Below are positions 35,654 through 45,097 of a stretch of 64,000 bases of DNA, piece after piece. The notes below the pieces were generated by a model. It ran no database searches. It had not been told where the DNA came from and saw only the letters and a list, made by a program, of their open reading frames with translations. Within the stretch, counting starts at the first letter, position 1. Each line of letters opens with the position of its first letter. The stretch lies in NCBI GenBank assembly GCA_040879145.1, contig JBBDKX010000021.1:29256-93255 (forward strand). The letters run 5' to 3'. The position numbers and the translations under genes are program-made. Source of the stretch: Candidatus Spechtbacterales bacterium. Its GTDB lineage: Bacteria > Patescibacteriota > Minisyncoccia > Spechtbacterales > 2-12-FULL-38-22.

Positions 35654-37771
35654 TTACTCATTAAGTATCTCAGAAGCGGTTCGCACCGCCTCTTTCGCGC
35701 CTGTTCTGCAAAATCCGCGCTCTTTAAGGCCATCATACAGATCTTTTGCTCTCTGCTTGATATCAGCGTCCTCTGGACGATCAGATGCCAAGACAAGTGT
35801 AAGAGATGTGCGGGAACGCTCCAAGAGCATTCTTTCCACAGCCCTTCTCAGGGGCTGATAATTGTCGTATCCAAAACCAGGCTGACTGATTCTCTCAAGG
35901 ATTTCTCCCCTGAAAACATCAGCTTGATTCTTGGGTATAGGAATCTGGTCTTCAACCGCGCGCATGAATTTTTCATCAGGCTCGCTCGGCTTACCCGTTA
36001 TAGGGTCACGCCTTATGTTGCTTTTATCTCCGCGTACAAATTTCCTCTTGCGCTCTCTATCGTAAGTTATCTCTTCAACATATTTATCAAAGATCTCTTC
36101 TGCCTGGTCACGATATGCTCCCAGGTAAGCGCGCTGTACCTCGTTAAGGATAAACTCCTTATAGAGCTCAATAACGCTTCCGCCTTCTTCTGAACTTAAA
36201 AGGTCCTGGAAAAACTTAATCTGCTCAGGCTCATAACCCATTCTATGGTTGAACACCTCACGCAGAGAACGAATCGCCTTAAGGGGTGTAAGACACCCAT
36301 TTTCAGCACCTTCCTCTTTTACAAGTCCGTTGTTTAAAGCGGCAAGAATATCTCGACTGGAAACGCCGAACATTCCTTCCCGTTCAGCTATGTCATCGTT
36401 TTTTTGACCCTCTTCAATAAGAGATTCTATGTCAACTGCCTGATTTTCATCATCAACGGCGTCTGTAAAAATCTTTTCGCCGTTATACAGCTGAAGCTTA
36501 GTTATAGGATCAACATTCATGTTGCTCTTAACAAGACGTGACAACACCGCGAACGATGCGGCAAGCTTGAAAGTTCCGGGGCAAATATGGCAACTCTGAA
36601 GCTGATCCAGGTCGCTTTCGCCCTGAATTAGCTTTTCATAAACCCTGATTTCATCCTGCACTCTGAGCGGATAAGGAAAGGGTACAACATAGATTCTGTC
36701 GTGAAGGGCTTCATGAGCCTGATTACTTGAGAACCACTTGTATCCTGTAAGGTTGCAGTGGCCTACTACCACAGTATCCACGGATACATGGCTAAAGTTA
36801 GAACCCTGAACCTTAATTTCCTGCTCTTCAGCAACATTGATGAATACCCAGAGAATGCGCTCGTCAATACCTTTTTTGATAAACTCGCGACCTTCAACTA
36901 TTCCACGGTTTCCTTTTTCTATCTCACCGTTTAAGTGGAAGGAATTTCTGTCTCGATAACCCTTTTTACTGCTTGTAACGCGGAAGTTCTCACGACCGAC
37001 AAGGTCGCTTACATCCTGGCTTTTTTCATCACTTGGCTCAAAAGAGCCGATACCCTGACTTTCCTGCATAGAAAACGAAAAGGTTTCAACTTTAATCTCC
37101 CACCATCTCAAAACTCCGTCTTCATCTGCAAAATCTTCCTTCATCGCGATGCGGCAATGAGGGCAAAGATCTCCCTTGATATCAGAGATACCAAGCTCAT
37201 CTTCAATAGGCTTATCGAGACCCACTTTTAACGCCTTCTCTTTGTCAAAATGACTTCGGCGCATATACCTGGGGAGCGCATGGAGCGGCTCCTCGTTCAT
37301 AGGGCAGTTCATAATCCTGTAAACAGGCCTAATGTTGTAACCCTCAAGTGCTCTTTTGATAATATTAGCAAAAGAGCTCTTGCCGGATGCTGTAGGACCC
37401 ACCAAGAGCAAAATCTGTTTACCTGTAGAAAGGCGATTTGCTCCCGCCTTAAGATATTCAAGCACCTGTTCGGTGGGCTTTTCTACTCCATAAAGAGTAT
37501 CACTAATAAGTTTGCGCCTAACAGTAGAACCAAGCCACTGCTCATCATAAGGAATTTCCTCAAAACCCGCCTCTTCAAACAACTCCAGAAGCCGGGCCGG
37601 AGACACCTGTGAAACCTTCGGATCCTCCCTGACCACATCAAGATACTCACGCAGAGTCATCTCTACGTGGTCTTTCTTTTTGTTGCGCTTAATCTCCGCA
37701 TCTTTTTGTATAATGGCATCAATATCAAAACTTCTTTCATTTGACATAAAGTCCTCCTTCCTTTCGTTCAC
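35654..37771 (-). CDS. prkA: PrkA-family serine protein kinase (AAA+ / Lon-like)
   Basis: 705 aa; Walker A LLLVGPTASGKSSFANIIK; PrkA C-terminal region. Confidence 0.85.
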   Translation of the reverse strand: MNERKEDFMSNERSFDIDAIIQKDAEIKRNKKKDHVEMTLREYLDVVREDPKVSQVSPARLLELFEEAGFEEIPYDEQWLGSTVRRKLISDTLYGVEKPTEQVLEYLKAGANRLSTGKQILLLVGPTASGKSSFANIIKRALEGYNIRPVYRIMNCPMNEEPLHALPRYMRRSHFDKEKALKVGLDKPIEDELGISDIKGDLCPHCRIAMKEDFADEDGVLRWWEIKVETFSFSMQESQGIGSFEPSDEKSQDVSDLVGRENFRVTSSKKGYRDRNSFHLNGEIEKGNRGIVEGREFIKKGIDERILWVFINVAEEQEIKVQGSNFSHVSVDTVVVGHCNLTGYKWFSSNQAHEALHDRIYVVPFPYPLRVQDEIRVYEKLIQGESDLDQLQSCHICPGTFKLAASFAVLSRLVKSNMNVDPITKLQLYNGEKIFTDAVDDENQAVDIESLIEEGQKNDDIAEREGMFGVSSRDILAALNNGLVKEEGAENGCLTPLKAIRSLREVFNHRMGYEPEQIKFFQDLLSSEEGGSVIELYKEFILNEVQRAYLGAYRDQAEEIFDKYVEEITYDRERKRKFVRGDKSNIRRDPITGKPSEPDEKFMRAVEDQIPIPKNQADVFRGEILERISQPGFGYDNYQPLRRAVERMLLERSRTSLTLVLASDRPEDADIKQRAKDLYDGLKERGFCRTGAKEAVRTASEILNE

Positions 37772-37899
37772 CTCTTTAGATTGTTAAGGAACTGAAACTA
37801 TCCCTATCATAGAAAAGAGAGGGTACTACGTCAATCTTGATAAAATTAAATTGTGTTGTATTATAGGTTGCTTTAAATAGAAGAGGGCACATTTTTAAA

Positions 37900-37930
37900 A
37901 TAAAAAAAGACCCCTAAATAGGGGTCTTGG
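37900..37930 (-). terminator. Rho-independent terminator (GACCCCTAAATAGGGGTC)
   Basis: Hairpin plus T-run downstream of 37939..39429. Confidence 0.6.
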
Positions 37931-37938
37931 AACTGTTT

Positions 37939-39429
37939 TTATTCCTCTTCATCAGAATCATCATCATGGTCATATATATCAGAGTCGTCATCTAAATCAT
38001 CAATGTCGTCATCAGAATTATCATCCGAAGAAGGTTTGGGAATTTTTCTCTTTATTCTTTGCCTTGCTTCGTCTTCAAGTATCATCCGATACACATCTCC
38101 AATGTCGCTGAAGAACTCTTTTTCAAGAGATTTTTCATCAACCTCTTTATGTCCTCCGGAAAGGGTATGAAGTTCCATGCCATCCAGACGGGGCATCATC
38201 TTGAGTTTAACCTCTTTATCTACAACGGTAACCAATACAACATCACCTGCCATAAAATCTCCAGAATTTATTCTTTTAGCCAACGGAAGGCGCATATATT
38301 TATCAATTAACCTTGACATCATTCTGGCTCCCTCTACGGAAGAATCCGCCTCTTCAAGAATAAAATCTTTAAACTCCTGTGTTACATGGACAAATAAAAA
38401 GTCTTCGCGAAACTCCTCTCTAACCTCATTTATCTCTTTTTCTACAATATTCTCAAATCCCCGCGCGGATAATTTATGAAACACCACTAAGCCATCATGC
38501 CCTATTCTGCTGTAAAGCTCCGGCGGAAGGTTTTTTTCAACCGCTCGCTTTACTGTTTCATATATACGCTGGTCCATATCCTCCACGGAACGCTTATCTT
38601 TTTTCAAGGAGTGAAAACCTATGGGTTTTTGGTCTATAAATTTTGATATCTCGCCTGTTCCTATATTGCTTGTAAAAATTATAAGACATCCCCTAAAATC
38701 TATAACGCGCGCCCTGTTGCTTCTTAACTGCAGGAAGCCATCATTGAGAATAGTCAAAAACTGCTTTTGCACCTCTTCGTGCATCTTTTCAAACTCATCA
38801 ACACGCAAAACGGAACGATAAGGCATGGAGGTTTTTGATTCCTCTATATCAAGTAGCTTACGCTCAATAAACATCTCTTTAAGATCTTCCAGGGATTCCC
38901 TGTATTCATTGGGTGAGTTTCCGGTATACTCTGACATTTCGCTATTTACCCACTTCTCGCCTATCTCATCCAGAAGATAGTCGTTGCGGTACATATCAAA
39001 TGTACCCAACTTTTCCAAGGGAGACTTGGTTGCCGCCGAACCGGAACCGCCATGTCCTATATATCCTGCAGGTGCGCCAAGCAACGCGGATATGGTATGG
39101 CTCTCTCTAAAGTTTTCACCGGCGATGCTTACAAGAGGACCATCCTCAGCACCTCTTGGTTTTCCAAGCCACGCATAGGCGGCAACTTCTGCAAGATAAC
39201 TCTTTCCGCTACCGGGAGGTCCCGCGAAAAACAACGGCGATGGGCGCTTTTGTTTTCCTGAGTCTATAAGCGCTATGCGCTGTAAAACTTTTCTTATGGC
39301 TCTGTCCTGTTCAAAAACTTCACCGGATATCTTTTCTCGCAGTTTTTCAATATAGGGAGGGTCTCTGTCAGAAAGCTCCACAGTAAAATCCTCAAATCTG
39401 GGATTTGGCAAAACAAGGTCGGAGGACAT
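37939..39429 (-). CDS. Stand-alone Clp-type D2-like AAA+ ATPase with acidic C-terminal tail
   Basis: FFAGPPGSGKSYLAEV; ISALLGAPAGYIGHGGSG; EMSEYTG; RVDEFEKMHEEVQKQFLTILNDG; sensor region FTSNIG; Asp/Glu-rich tail. Confidence 0.6.
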   Translation of the reverse strand: MSSDLVLPNPRFEDFTVELSDRDPPYIEKLREKISGEVFEQDRAIRKVLQRIALIDSGKQKRPSPLFFAGPPGSGKSYLAEVAAYAWLGKPRGAEDGPLVSIAGENFRESHTISALLGAPAGYIGHGGSGSAATKSPLEKLGTFDMYRNDYLLDEIGEKWVNSEMSEYTGNSPNEYRESLEDLKEMFIERKLLDIEESKTSMPYRSVLRVDEFEKMHEEVQKQFLTILNDGFLQLRSNRARVIDFRGCLIIFTSNIGTGEISKFIDQKPIGFHSLKKDKRSVEDMDQRIYETVKRAVEKNLPPELYSRIGHDGLVVFHKLSARGFENIVEKEINEVREEFREDFLFVHVTQEFKDFILEEADSSVEGARMMSRLIDKYMRLPLAKRINSGDFMAGDVVLVTVVDKEVKLKMMPRLDGMELHTLSGGHKEVDEKSLEKEFFSDIGDVYRMILEDEARQRIKRKIPKPSSDDNSDDDIDDLDDDSDIYDHDDDSDEEE

Positions 39430-39543
39430 AATTATCTCCTTTCTTTTTTAAGGTTCTATTTTCTGAACTTATCATACTTTCTATAAACCCCATACGTCAA
39501 CTTGATTTTTTATAAAAACTTGGTAAAATAAATACACGTTACT

Positions 39544-39558
39544 GGTCCCATCGTCTTA
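39544..39558 (+). other. 15-nt 5' fragment of a tRNA-Glu (acceptor 5' strand + D-stem), followed by 31-bp IR arm
   Basis: GGTCCCATCGTCTTA matches the 5' end of tRNA-Glu at 39714. Confidence 0.5.
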
Positions 39559-39559
39559 G

Positions 39560-39939
39560 AGCCCGTTCTTTGCAATCTAAAATCAATTTGACGGAGCGAA
39601 TTTTCAAATGAATGCTAGGCGTGAGGAGCGAAGCGATGCCAGGAGCATCGTGAGCAACGAACAACAACGCAGGCATTGAAAATTCGCCCGCCGACTCATT
39701 TAATTTACATTGCGGTCCCATCGTCTAGTCTGGCCTAGGACGCCAGGTTTTCATCCTGGTAACACGGGTTCGAATCCCGTTGGGACCGCAATGTACGTTA
39801 GTAAAAGGAAACAAAATAGTACGCCATCTGCTTCGTTACGCTTTCCTAGAAGTAATATAAATTACTCCTTCGTCACCGCGCCTACCATATGGCGCACTCT
39901 TTTGTTTTCAAATTGATTTTAGATTGCAAAGAACGGGCT
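39560..39939. repeat. Segment bounded by perfect 31-bp inverted repeat (39560-39590 / 39909-39939) enclosing an intact tRNA-Glu
   Basis: AGCCCGTTCTTTGCAATCTAAAATCAATTTG and its exact reverse complement. Confidence 0.85.
39714..39788 (+). tRNA. tRNA-Glu (anticodon UUC)
   Basis: GGTCCCATCGTCTAGTCTGGCCTAGGACGCCAGGTTTTCATCCTGGTAACACGGGTTCGAATCCCGTTGGGACCG; close to the E. coli tRNA-Glu pattern. Confidence 0.85.
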
Positions 39940-39942
39940 GAA

Positions 39943-39991
39943 GCCTAGGACGCCAGGTTTTCATCCTGGTAACACGGGTTCGAATCCCGTT
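39943..39991 (+). other. 3' two-thirds of a second tRNA-Glu copy (D-loop to CCA), lacking its own 5' end
   Basis: GCCTAGGACGCCAGGTTTTCATCCTGGTAACACGGGTTCGAATCCCGTTGGGACCGCCA identical to intact copy; CCA encoded here but not in intact copy. Confidence 0.6.
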
Positions 39992-40058
39992 GGGACCGCC
40001 ATATAAATTACCAAAAGGAAAACGGCTTATTAAGCCGTTTTCCTTTATAGATCAATTA

Positions 40059-41249
40059 ATGAGAGTGCTTGGCATAGAAACATCATGCGATGACACAGCC
40101 ATCGCCCTGCTTGAAGCCAAAAGAGAACTCCCCTCTCCCGAACTTAAGTTGCTTAAAAATATAGTATCTTCACAGGTAAAAATGCACTCCGAATACGGAG
40201 GAGTTGTGCCGGGATTAGCAAAGAGAGAACATCAAAAGAATTTAATTCCGGTGTTGTTTGAAGCACTGGAATTAAATTCCATGAAACATGAAACAGGAAA
40301 CATGAAACAGGCCCAAAAAATTAAAAACATTGAAAAAATATTAGAAAGATATGATGACCTGCTTGAGGAATTTAAAGAAAAGGTAGTACCGATTGAAAAG
40401 CCTGCTGTAGATTTAATCGCTGTAACTCATGGTCCAGGGCTTGAGCCCGCACTGTGGGTGGGAGTTAATTTTGCCCGCGCTTTGTCCGCTTTATGGGATA
40501 TTCCCATAATTGGAGTGGACCATATGGAAGGCCACATTGCAGTAAATTTACTGCAATGTGGAAATTCAAAATTCAAAATTCAAAATTCGAAATTAGCGAG
40601 AGAAATTGAATTTCCTGCAATTTCTCTCGCTGTATCGGGTGGGCATACCCAGCTTATACTTATTAAAAACTGGATGGATTATGAAATTTTAGGCGAAACT
40701 CTTGACGATGCGGCGGGTGAAGCATTTGATAAAGTAGCCCGCTTAATTGGGCTTGGATTTCCCGGAGGGCCTGAAATTGAAAAAATCGCAAAAAAGGGAG
40801 ACCCTAAGGCCTTTGATTTTCCCCGCCCCATAATGAACAGGCCGGATTATAACTTCAGTTTTTCAGGCTTAAAAACTGCAGTTATGTATAAAGTCAAAGA
40901 AATGACAGAAAAAGAAATAAAAAGCAGGCAAGCCGATATTGCCGCTTCTTTCCAGCAGGCGGCAATTGATACACTTGTTAAAAAATCTATAAAAGCGGCA
41001 AAAGCGCATAATATAAAAACATTTATGCTTGCGGGAGGAGTTGCGGCAAATACAGCGTTGCGCGAACAAATGAAAGAAGCTCTAAAAAAAGAGCTTCCCG
41101 AAGCTCAGTTTATGGTTCCCGAAATAAAACTGGCAACAGACAACGGTGCCATGATAGCGGTTGCCGGTTACATGCGCTATAAAGCGGGACAAAAAAGCAA
41201 CTGGCACACACTTAAAGCAGACAGTTCAAAGTTGATTACAGAGGAATAA
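40059..41249 (+). CDS. tsaD: tRNA N6-adenosine threonylcarbamoyltransferase TsaD (Kae1/Gcp)
   Basis: MRVLGIETSCDDTAIAL...; HMEGH; SGGHTQL; in-frame (AAAATTC)x4 SSR insertion. Confidence 0.85.
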   Translation: MRVLGIETSCDDTAIALLEAKRELPSPELKLLKNIVSSQVKMHSEYGGVVPGLAKREHQKNLIPVLFEALELNSMKHETGNMKQAQKIKNIEKILERYDDLLEEFKEKVVPIEKPAVDLIAVTHGPGLEPALWVGVNFARALSALWDIPIIGVDHMEGHIAVNLLQCGNSKFKIQNSKLAREIEFPAISLAVSGGHTQLILIKNWMDYEILGETLDDAAGEAFDKVARLIGLGFPGGPEIEKIAKKGDPKAFDFPRPIMNRPDYNFSFSGLKTAVMYKVKEMTEKEIKSRQADIAASFQQAAIDTLVKKSIKAAKAHNIKTFMLAGGVAANTALREQMKEALKKELPEAQFMVPEIKLATDNGAMIAVAGYMRYKAGQKSNWHTLKADSSKLITEE

Positions 41250-41257
41250 TTAACTCA

Positions 41258-41335
41258 ATACTATGAGTTAATTATAATAATTAACTCATGCTCATGAGTT
41301 AATTATAATAATCGACTCACAGGCATGAGTCGATT
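41258..41335. terminator. Three consecutive hairpins sharing stem TAACTCA/TGAGTTA (bidirectional terminator cluster)
   Basis: TTAACTCAATACTATGAGTTAA; TTAACTCATGCTCATGAGTTAA; TCGACTCACAGGCATGAGTCGA between convergent genes. Confidence 0.5.
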
Positions 41336-42341
41336 ATTGTTTAACAAGATTTTCAAATATTTTTTCCAACTTGTCTAAATCTTCCTGTAAATCTCCCAGC
41401 TCCGCGTCTTCACTATCAAGCGCTTCAATTATACTGTAAGCGCTTTTTATATTATCCAAAAATTCTTTGTCAGCATTTTCGCTTTGCTCCCCTATTTGCA
41501 AATAAACTTCAAGTTGTTTTTTTATCTGTTTTATAAAAAGCCACCGCGCGGGATGTTTTGTAGCCTCGCTTTTTAATTCCTGCAATTTTTCTATATTTTT
41601 TTCCAGCATTTCATCCTCTACAGAAGATAAAACCTCACCGGCTCTTTTTCTTTGATATAAAGCGCCGGCTATATTTTCAGCTCTCATTATTTCAGCTGTA
41701 GTTTTAAACATATCGCTCGCATTAGGGCCACTCAAAGATACCGCAACAGGTGGAAGATTGGATAGCCCCCCTTTGTACCTGTTTCCGTCTTTATCTTTTA
41801 TGGCAGATTGAAAATAGTCTACCCGTGCAAAGGTGTCGGCATACGGCTTGCCCGTAGCTGTATTTGTCTCGCCCCTCACAGCTTTTGCAAATCTTTCGGC
41901 TTTTTTAGATAGACTGGCAAGACTTTTTCCACTATAAGCATCTATGGCAAGGCCTAATCTTTTTACCTCTTTATCTTCTAAGTCTCCGCCTATGGCGGAA
42001 AACTCTACCACCATGTCTATTCCATGGGCTATGTCGTCATATTCTGAAGTATTTACAGCATGTCCGCCCTCTCCAAGCCAGTGCATGTTTTCAATATAAT
42101 ACGCGGCTAAAATTTCAAGCGCCTTTGCTTTTTTTTCAATAATGTCATTATACTCTTCCATCTTAGCGCGTACTTTTTGAACATAACCTGTATCACGCTT
42201 TATTTTCTCCTCATCGTAAACATCTAAAAAATCTTCGGGGTTTGGCCGTTTTATCATATCTCCACGCGCAATAATAATATCCAGATATTTTTCAATATCC
42301 AAATCTTCACGTTTTTCTTGTTGTGGGAAGGTTTCGGGCAT
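41334..42341 (-). CDS. Hypothetical protein (last gene of 4-gene operon)
   Basis: 335 aa, no recognisable motif. Confidence 0.4.
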   Translation of the reverse strand: MPETFPQQEKREDLDIEKYLDIIIARGDMIKRPNPEDFLDVYDEEKIKRDTGYVQKVRAKMEEYNDIIEKKAKALEILAAYYIENMHWLGEGGHAVNTSEYDDIAHGIDMVVEFSAIGGDLEDKEVKRLGLAIDAYSGKSLASLSKKAERFAKAVRGETNTATGKPYADTFARVDYFQSAIKDKDGNRYKGGLSNLPPVAVSLSGPNASDMFKTTAEIMRAENIAGALYQRKRAGEVLSSVEDEMLEKNIEKLQELKSEATKHPARWLFIKQIKKQLEVYLQIGEQSENADKEFLDNIKSAYSIIEALDSEDAELGDLQEDLDKLEKIFENLVKQ

Positions 42342-42358
42342 GTTGAATTTTAGTTTGA

Positions 42359-44674
42359 TTACGAAATATTAATTCTAAACGGTCTTGTTGTCTGATTGTT
42401 TATTAAAAGTTTAGCATGCGCTTTAAAATTGTCTATGTTGCTTAAATCTTCTTCGGTAAAAGCCGGTTCAAATTGTTCTTTTAAAAATTGGGCATCTTCT
42501 ATCCCCACGCGCAAAGCAAGCATGGAACCCACATTGCCAAACACAGCTTTTTGTATCTTATCTTCCAATTGCGCTATAAACTGATGCGCCATAATAAGAT
42601 TCAGGTGGTACTTTCTCGCTTCAGATAAAATAGTAGCTATGCTGTCTGTAGAAAAATTTTGAAACTCATCCATATACAGATAAAAGTCGTTCCTAGTCTC
42701 CTCTTCTATGTCTACGCGCGAAAGCGATGCAATAAGCAATTTTCCCACAATAACAAGCCCTACAAGGTTGGCGTTAAGTTCGCCAAGTTTTCCTTTGCTC
42801 AGGTTCACCAGTATTATCTTCTTTTCGTCCATCGCAGTCCTAAAATTGAGCGAACTTTGCTTATGGCTTATTATCGGTCGTAGAAACTCATCCGAGACAA
42901 AACCGTTTATCTTGCTTGTAATATATGGCGCTATGTTTGCAAGGGCCGCATCCCCTCCCGCCTTTTCGGCTTCTTTCTCCCAAAAGTTCTTAACTACCTC
43001 GTTGGTTTCCCGGCTCAACTTATCACTTCTAAACTCGGAATCTGTAAGAACACGTGATACATCTAAAAGTGTGGGAATTTCATATTCGTAATCATCTAAT
43101 AGAAGGAGGCAGGCATTTCTAAAATACTGGTCAAACATGGGACCCATTGTCTCTTCATGAAAAAGTTTGCGAAATATTCCCAGGAGTTCGTTCACCACAA
43201 GCGTCTTTTGCTGCGGACGACTTGTGTCATATTCAAGCATATTTAACCCGAAAGGACGGCTGGGGTCGCCCGGGTCAAACCACACAATATCATCCCAGCG
43301 CTCTTTGGGAACTACCTCAAGTATCTTATGCGCCAAATCTCCGTGAGGGTCTAAGAGTGCCACGCCTTCTCCATTAGCTATATCCTGCTTTATCATATTA
43401 TAAATAAGCCTACTCTTACCGGTTCCCGTCTGCCCTATTATATACATGTGTCTGCGCCTGTCATTTTTTGATATTCGTACAAGATGCCTCTCACCCCTGT
43501 AAACATTTTCCCCGAGCACAAGACCTTCAGCAGGCAACGTGGGTGGTGGTGGTGCCGCCTTGCTACGCAAGCTGCGCATCTTTGTCATTTCTGTATCTAC
43601 AACAGGAAAGTGGTAAAAACTTACAACTTCATCAATTGAAAAATTAGACGCGTTTGCCGAACGGGGTATTCTAAATGAATAATCAAAGATAAACTTACGC
43701 ATACTTCTTGCCGGAACTTTTTTAAATACCAGAGAGTTGCCACTGGCTGAATTAAACTGCGCAAAAGCGGCTTCAAGCTCACTCAATACCTGCTCAGCCC
43801 TGCCTTTATCTTCAGCCGCGGAAACAAGGCGCAAATTAACATTAAAGTGCGTCTTATAAGCCTTATCGCGCACCATCTGTACAGTGTGTTCGTCTACCGG
43901 CTTGCGATACATTTCCTGTTGCTCTTCAGGTTTTGGAGGTTTGCTGGTAAACTCTTTAAACACATCCTTTGCCAAACTACCGCTGCCTTCATGCGATGCC
44001 TCGTTAAAGCTTTTACCTTTATACATCTCCTGCACTATCTTTTCCGCCATACTCTGTTGGTTTTTAGAACTTACCGGCTTTAACACTAACTGTACCACAA
44101 CCCCCTCCCCTTCTGCTTTTAACTTGCTCATTGCTGTAGCTATGTTGTTAAGAGGGTCGGCATTCATTTCATGATAAGTTACAAGAGGAAGCACAGAAGG
44201 CCGGCGCAATTGGGCAAAAGATGCCGCTGAAGCGCCTCCGGGATTAAAAATGCTATAATCTTTTACCTGCTCCACCTCTGCGTGAGGGAAAAAACCATGT
44301 ACCTGTTTTTCTAATATATTTTCCATATTGCGAGGCACAGCAATATATGTATGAATATGCTCGCCTTTGTGATGTACCGCCATCTCCAGTGCTATATACG
44401 GCTTACCGTAAAGAGTTTCTCTCAACCAGCCTCCGGCTTCCAGTGTACTAAAAGAGGCAAGGAGCTGTTCCATTAAAGATATCTTTTCTTTTACCGCCTC
44501 GTGACCCTGGCCTCCTTCTGCCTTATTTGCAAGCGGAAGAGTTACCAAAAAAAGACTCATGTTTAAAGAGCGGGTAACTACTCCGCGTTTTGCAAGATGG
44601 CGCATCCAAACTAAAACACCACCCATGAGAGCAAAAAGTAAAACAAGTCCTGAAATTATAAAAAACTGTGTCAT
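42359..44674 (-). CDS. AAA_10/DUF87-type ATPase (VirB4/TraG/HerA-like) with N-terminal TM helix
   Basis: 771 aa; Walker A IIGQTGTGKSRL; ALLDPHGDL; Walker B YLYMDEFQNF. Confidence 0.5.
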   Translation of the reverse strand: MTQFFIISGLVLLFALMGGVLVWMRHLAKRGVVTRSLNMSLFLVTLPLANKAEGGQGHEAVKEKISLMEQLLASFSTLEAGGWLRETLYGKPYIALEMAVHHKGEHIHTYIAVPRNMENILEKQVHGFFPHAEVEQVKDYSIFNPGGASAASFAQLRRPSVLPLVTYHEMNADPLNNIATAMSKLKAEGEGVVVQLVLKPVSSKNQQSMAEKIVQEMYKGKSFNEASHEGSGSLAKDVFKEFTSKPPKPEEQQEMYRKPVDEHTVQMVRDKAYKTHFNVNLRLVSAAEDKGRAEQVLSELEAAFAQFNSASGNSLVFKKVPARSMRKFIFDYSFRIPRSANASNFSIDEVVSFYHFPVVDTEMTKMRSLRSKAAPPPPTLPAEGLVLGENVYRGERHLVRISKNDRRRHMYIIGQTGTGKSRLIYNMIKQDIANGEGVALLDPHGDLAHKILEVVPKERWDDIVWFDPGDPSRPFGLNMLEYDTSRPQQKTLVVNELLGIFRKLFHEETMGPMFDQYFRNACLLLLDDYEYEIPTLLDVSRVLTDSEFRSDKLSRETNEVVKNFWEKEAEKAGGDAALANIAPYITSKINGFVSDEFLRPIISHKQSSLNFRTAMDEKKIILVNLSKGKLGELNANLVGLVIVGKLLIASLSRVDIEEETRNDFYLYMDEFQNFSTDSIATILSEARKYHLNLIMAHQFIAQLEDKIQKAVFGNVGSMLALRVGIEDAQFLKEQFEPAFTEEDLSNIDNFKAHAKLLINNQTTRPFRINIS

Positions 44675-44676
44675 AT

Positions 44677-45096
44677 CTATAATTTTTCCAGTTTTCCCGT
44701 GTTGACTAAGTGGTCATGCAGCTCGTCAACTAAGGCATCGTGAAAAGCATCTATAAGCGCGGCGTCATCAGTTGCCCGCACCTCTTTTACAGCGCTGTCT
44801 AAATCTTTTTCAAATACACTATTAACAAGTTTCTGCACTCTCTCATGAAGCTCCGGTAAGTTGTAGGACTGCTCCTCACCTCCATGGGTGGCCGGCAGCT
44901 CTTCGTGCCTTTCTTCTTCGTGCGGTGAATGTTCGGTTTCACCATACAGTTTTTCACCGACAATATCATGCAGGTGCTCTTTTTCCGGCTTTGGTTCGGA
45001 TTCAATACGGCGTCCATCCACGGGCAACTGCTTTCTCTTTTCTATTTCCTGCGTTAAGGTTTCAAGTTGTTGTTCTAATGTTTGGTTGTCTGCCAT
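44677..45096 (-). CDS. Hypothetical acidic His/Glu-rich protein
   Basis: 139 aa; 2-nt spacing to neighbours. Confidence 0.35.
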   Translation of the reverse strand: MADNQTLEQQLETLTQEIEKRKQLPVDGRRIESEPKPEKEHLHDIVGEKLYGETEHSPHEEERHEELPATHGGEEQSYNLPELHERVQKLVNSVFEKDLDSAVKEVRATDDAALIDAFHDALVDELHDHLVNTGKLEKL

Positions 45097-45097
45097 A

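Noticed and set aside
39539-39916. ORFs 39539..39721(-) and 39710..39916(+)
   Set aside because: They overlap the tRNA-Glu genes and IR arms; not protein-coding.
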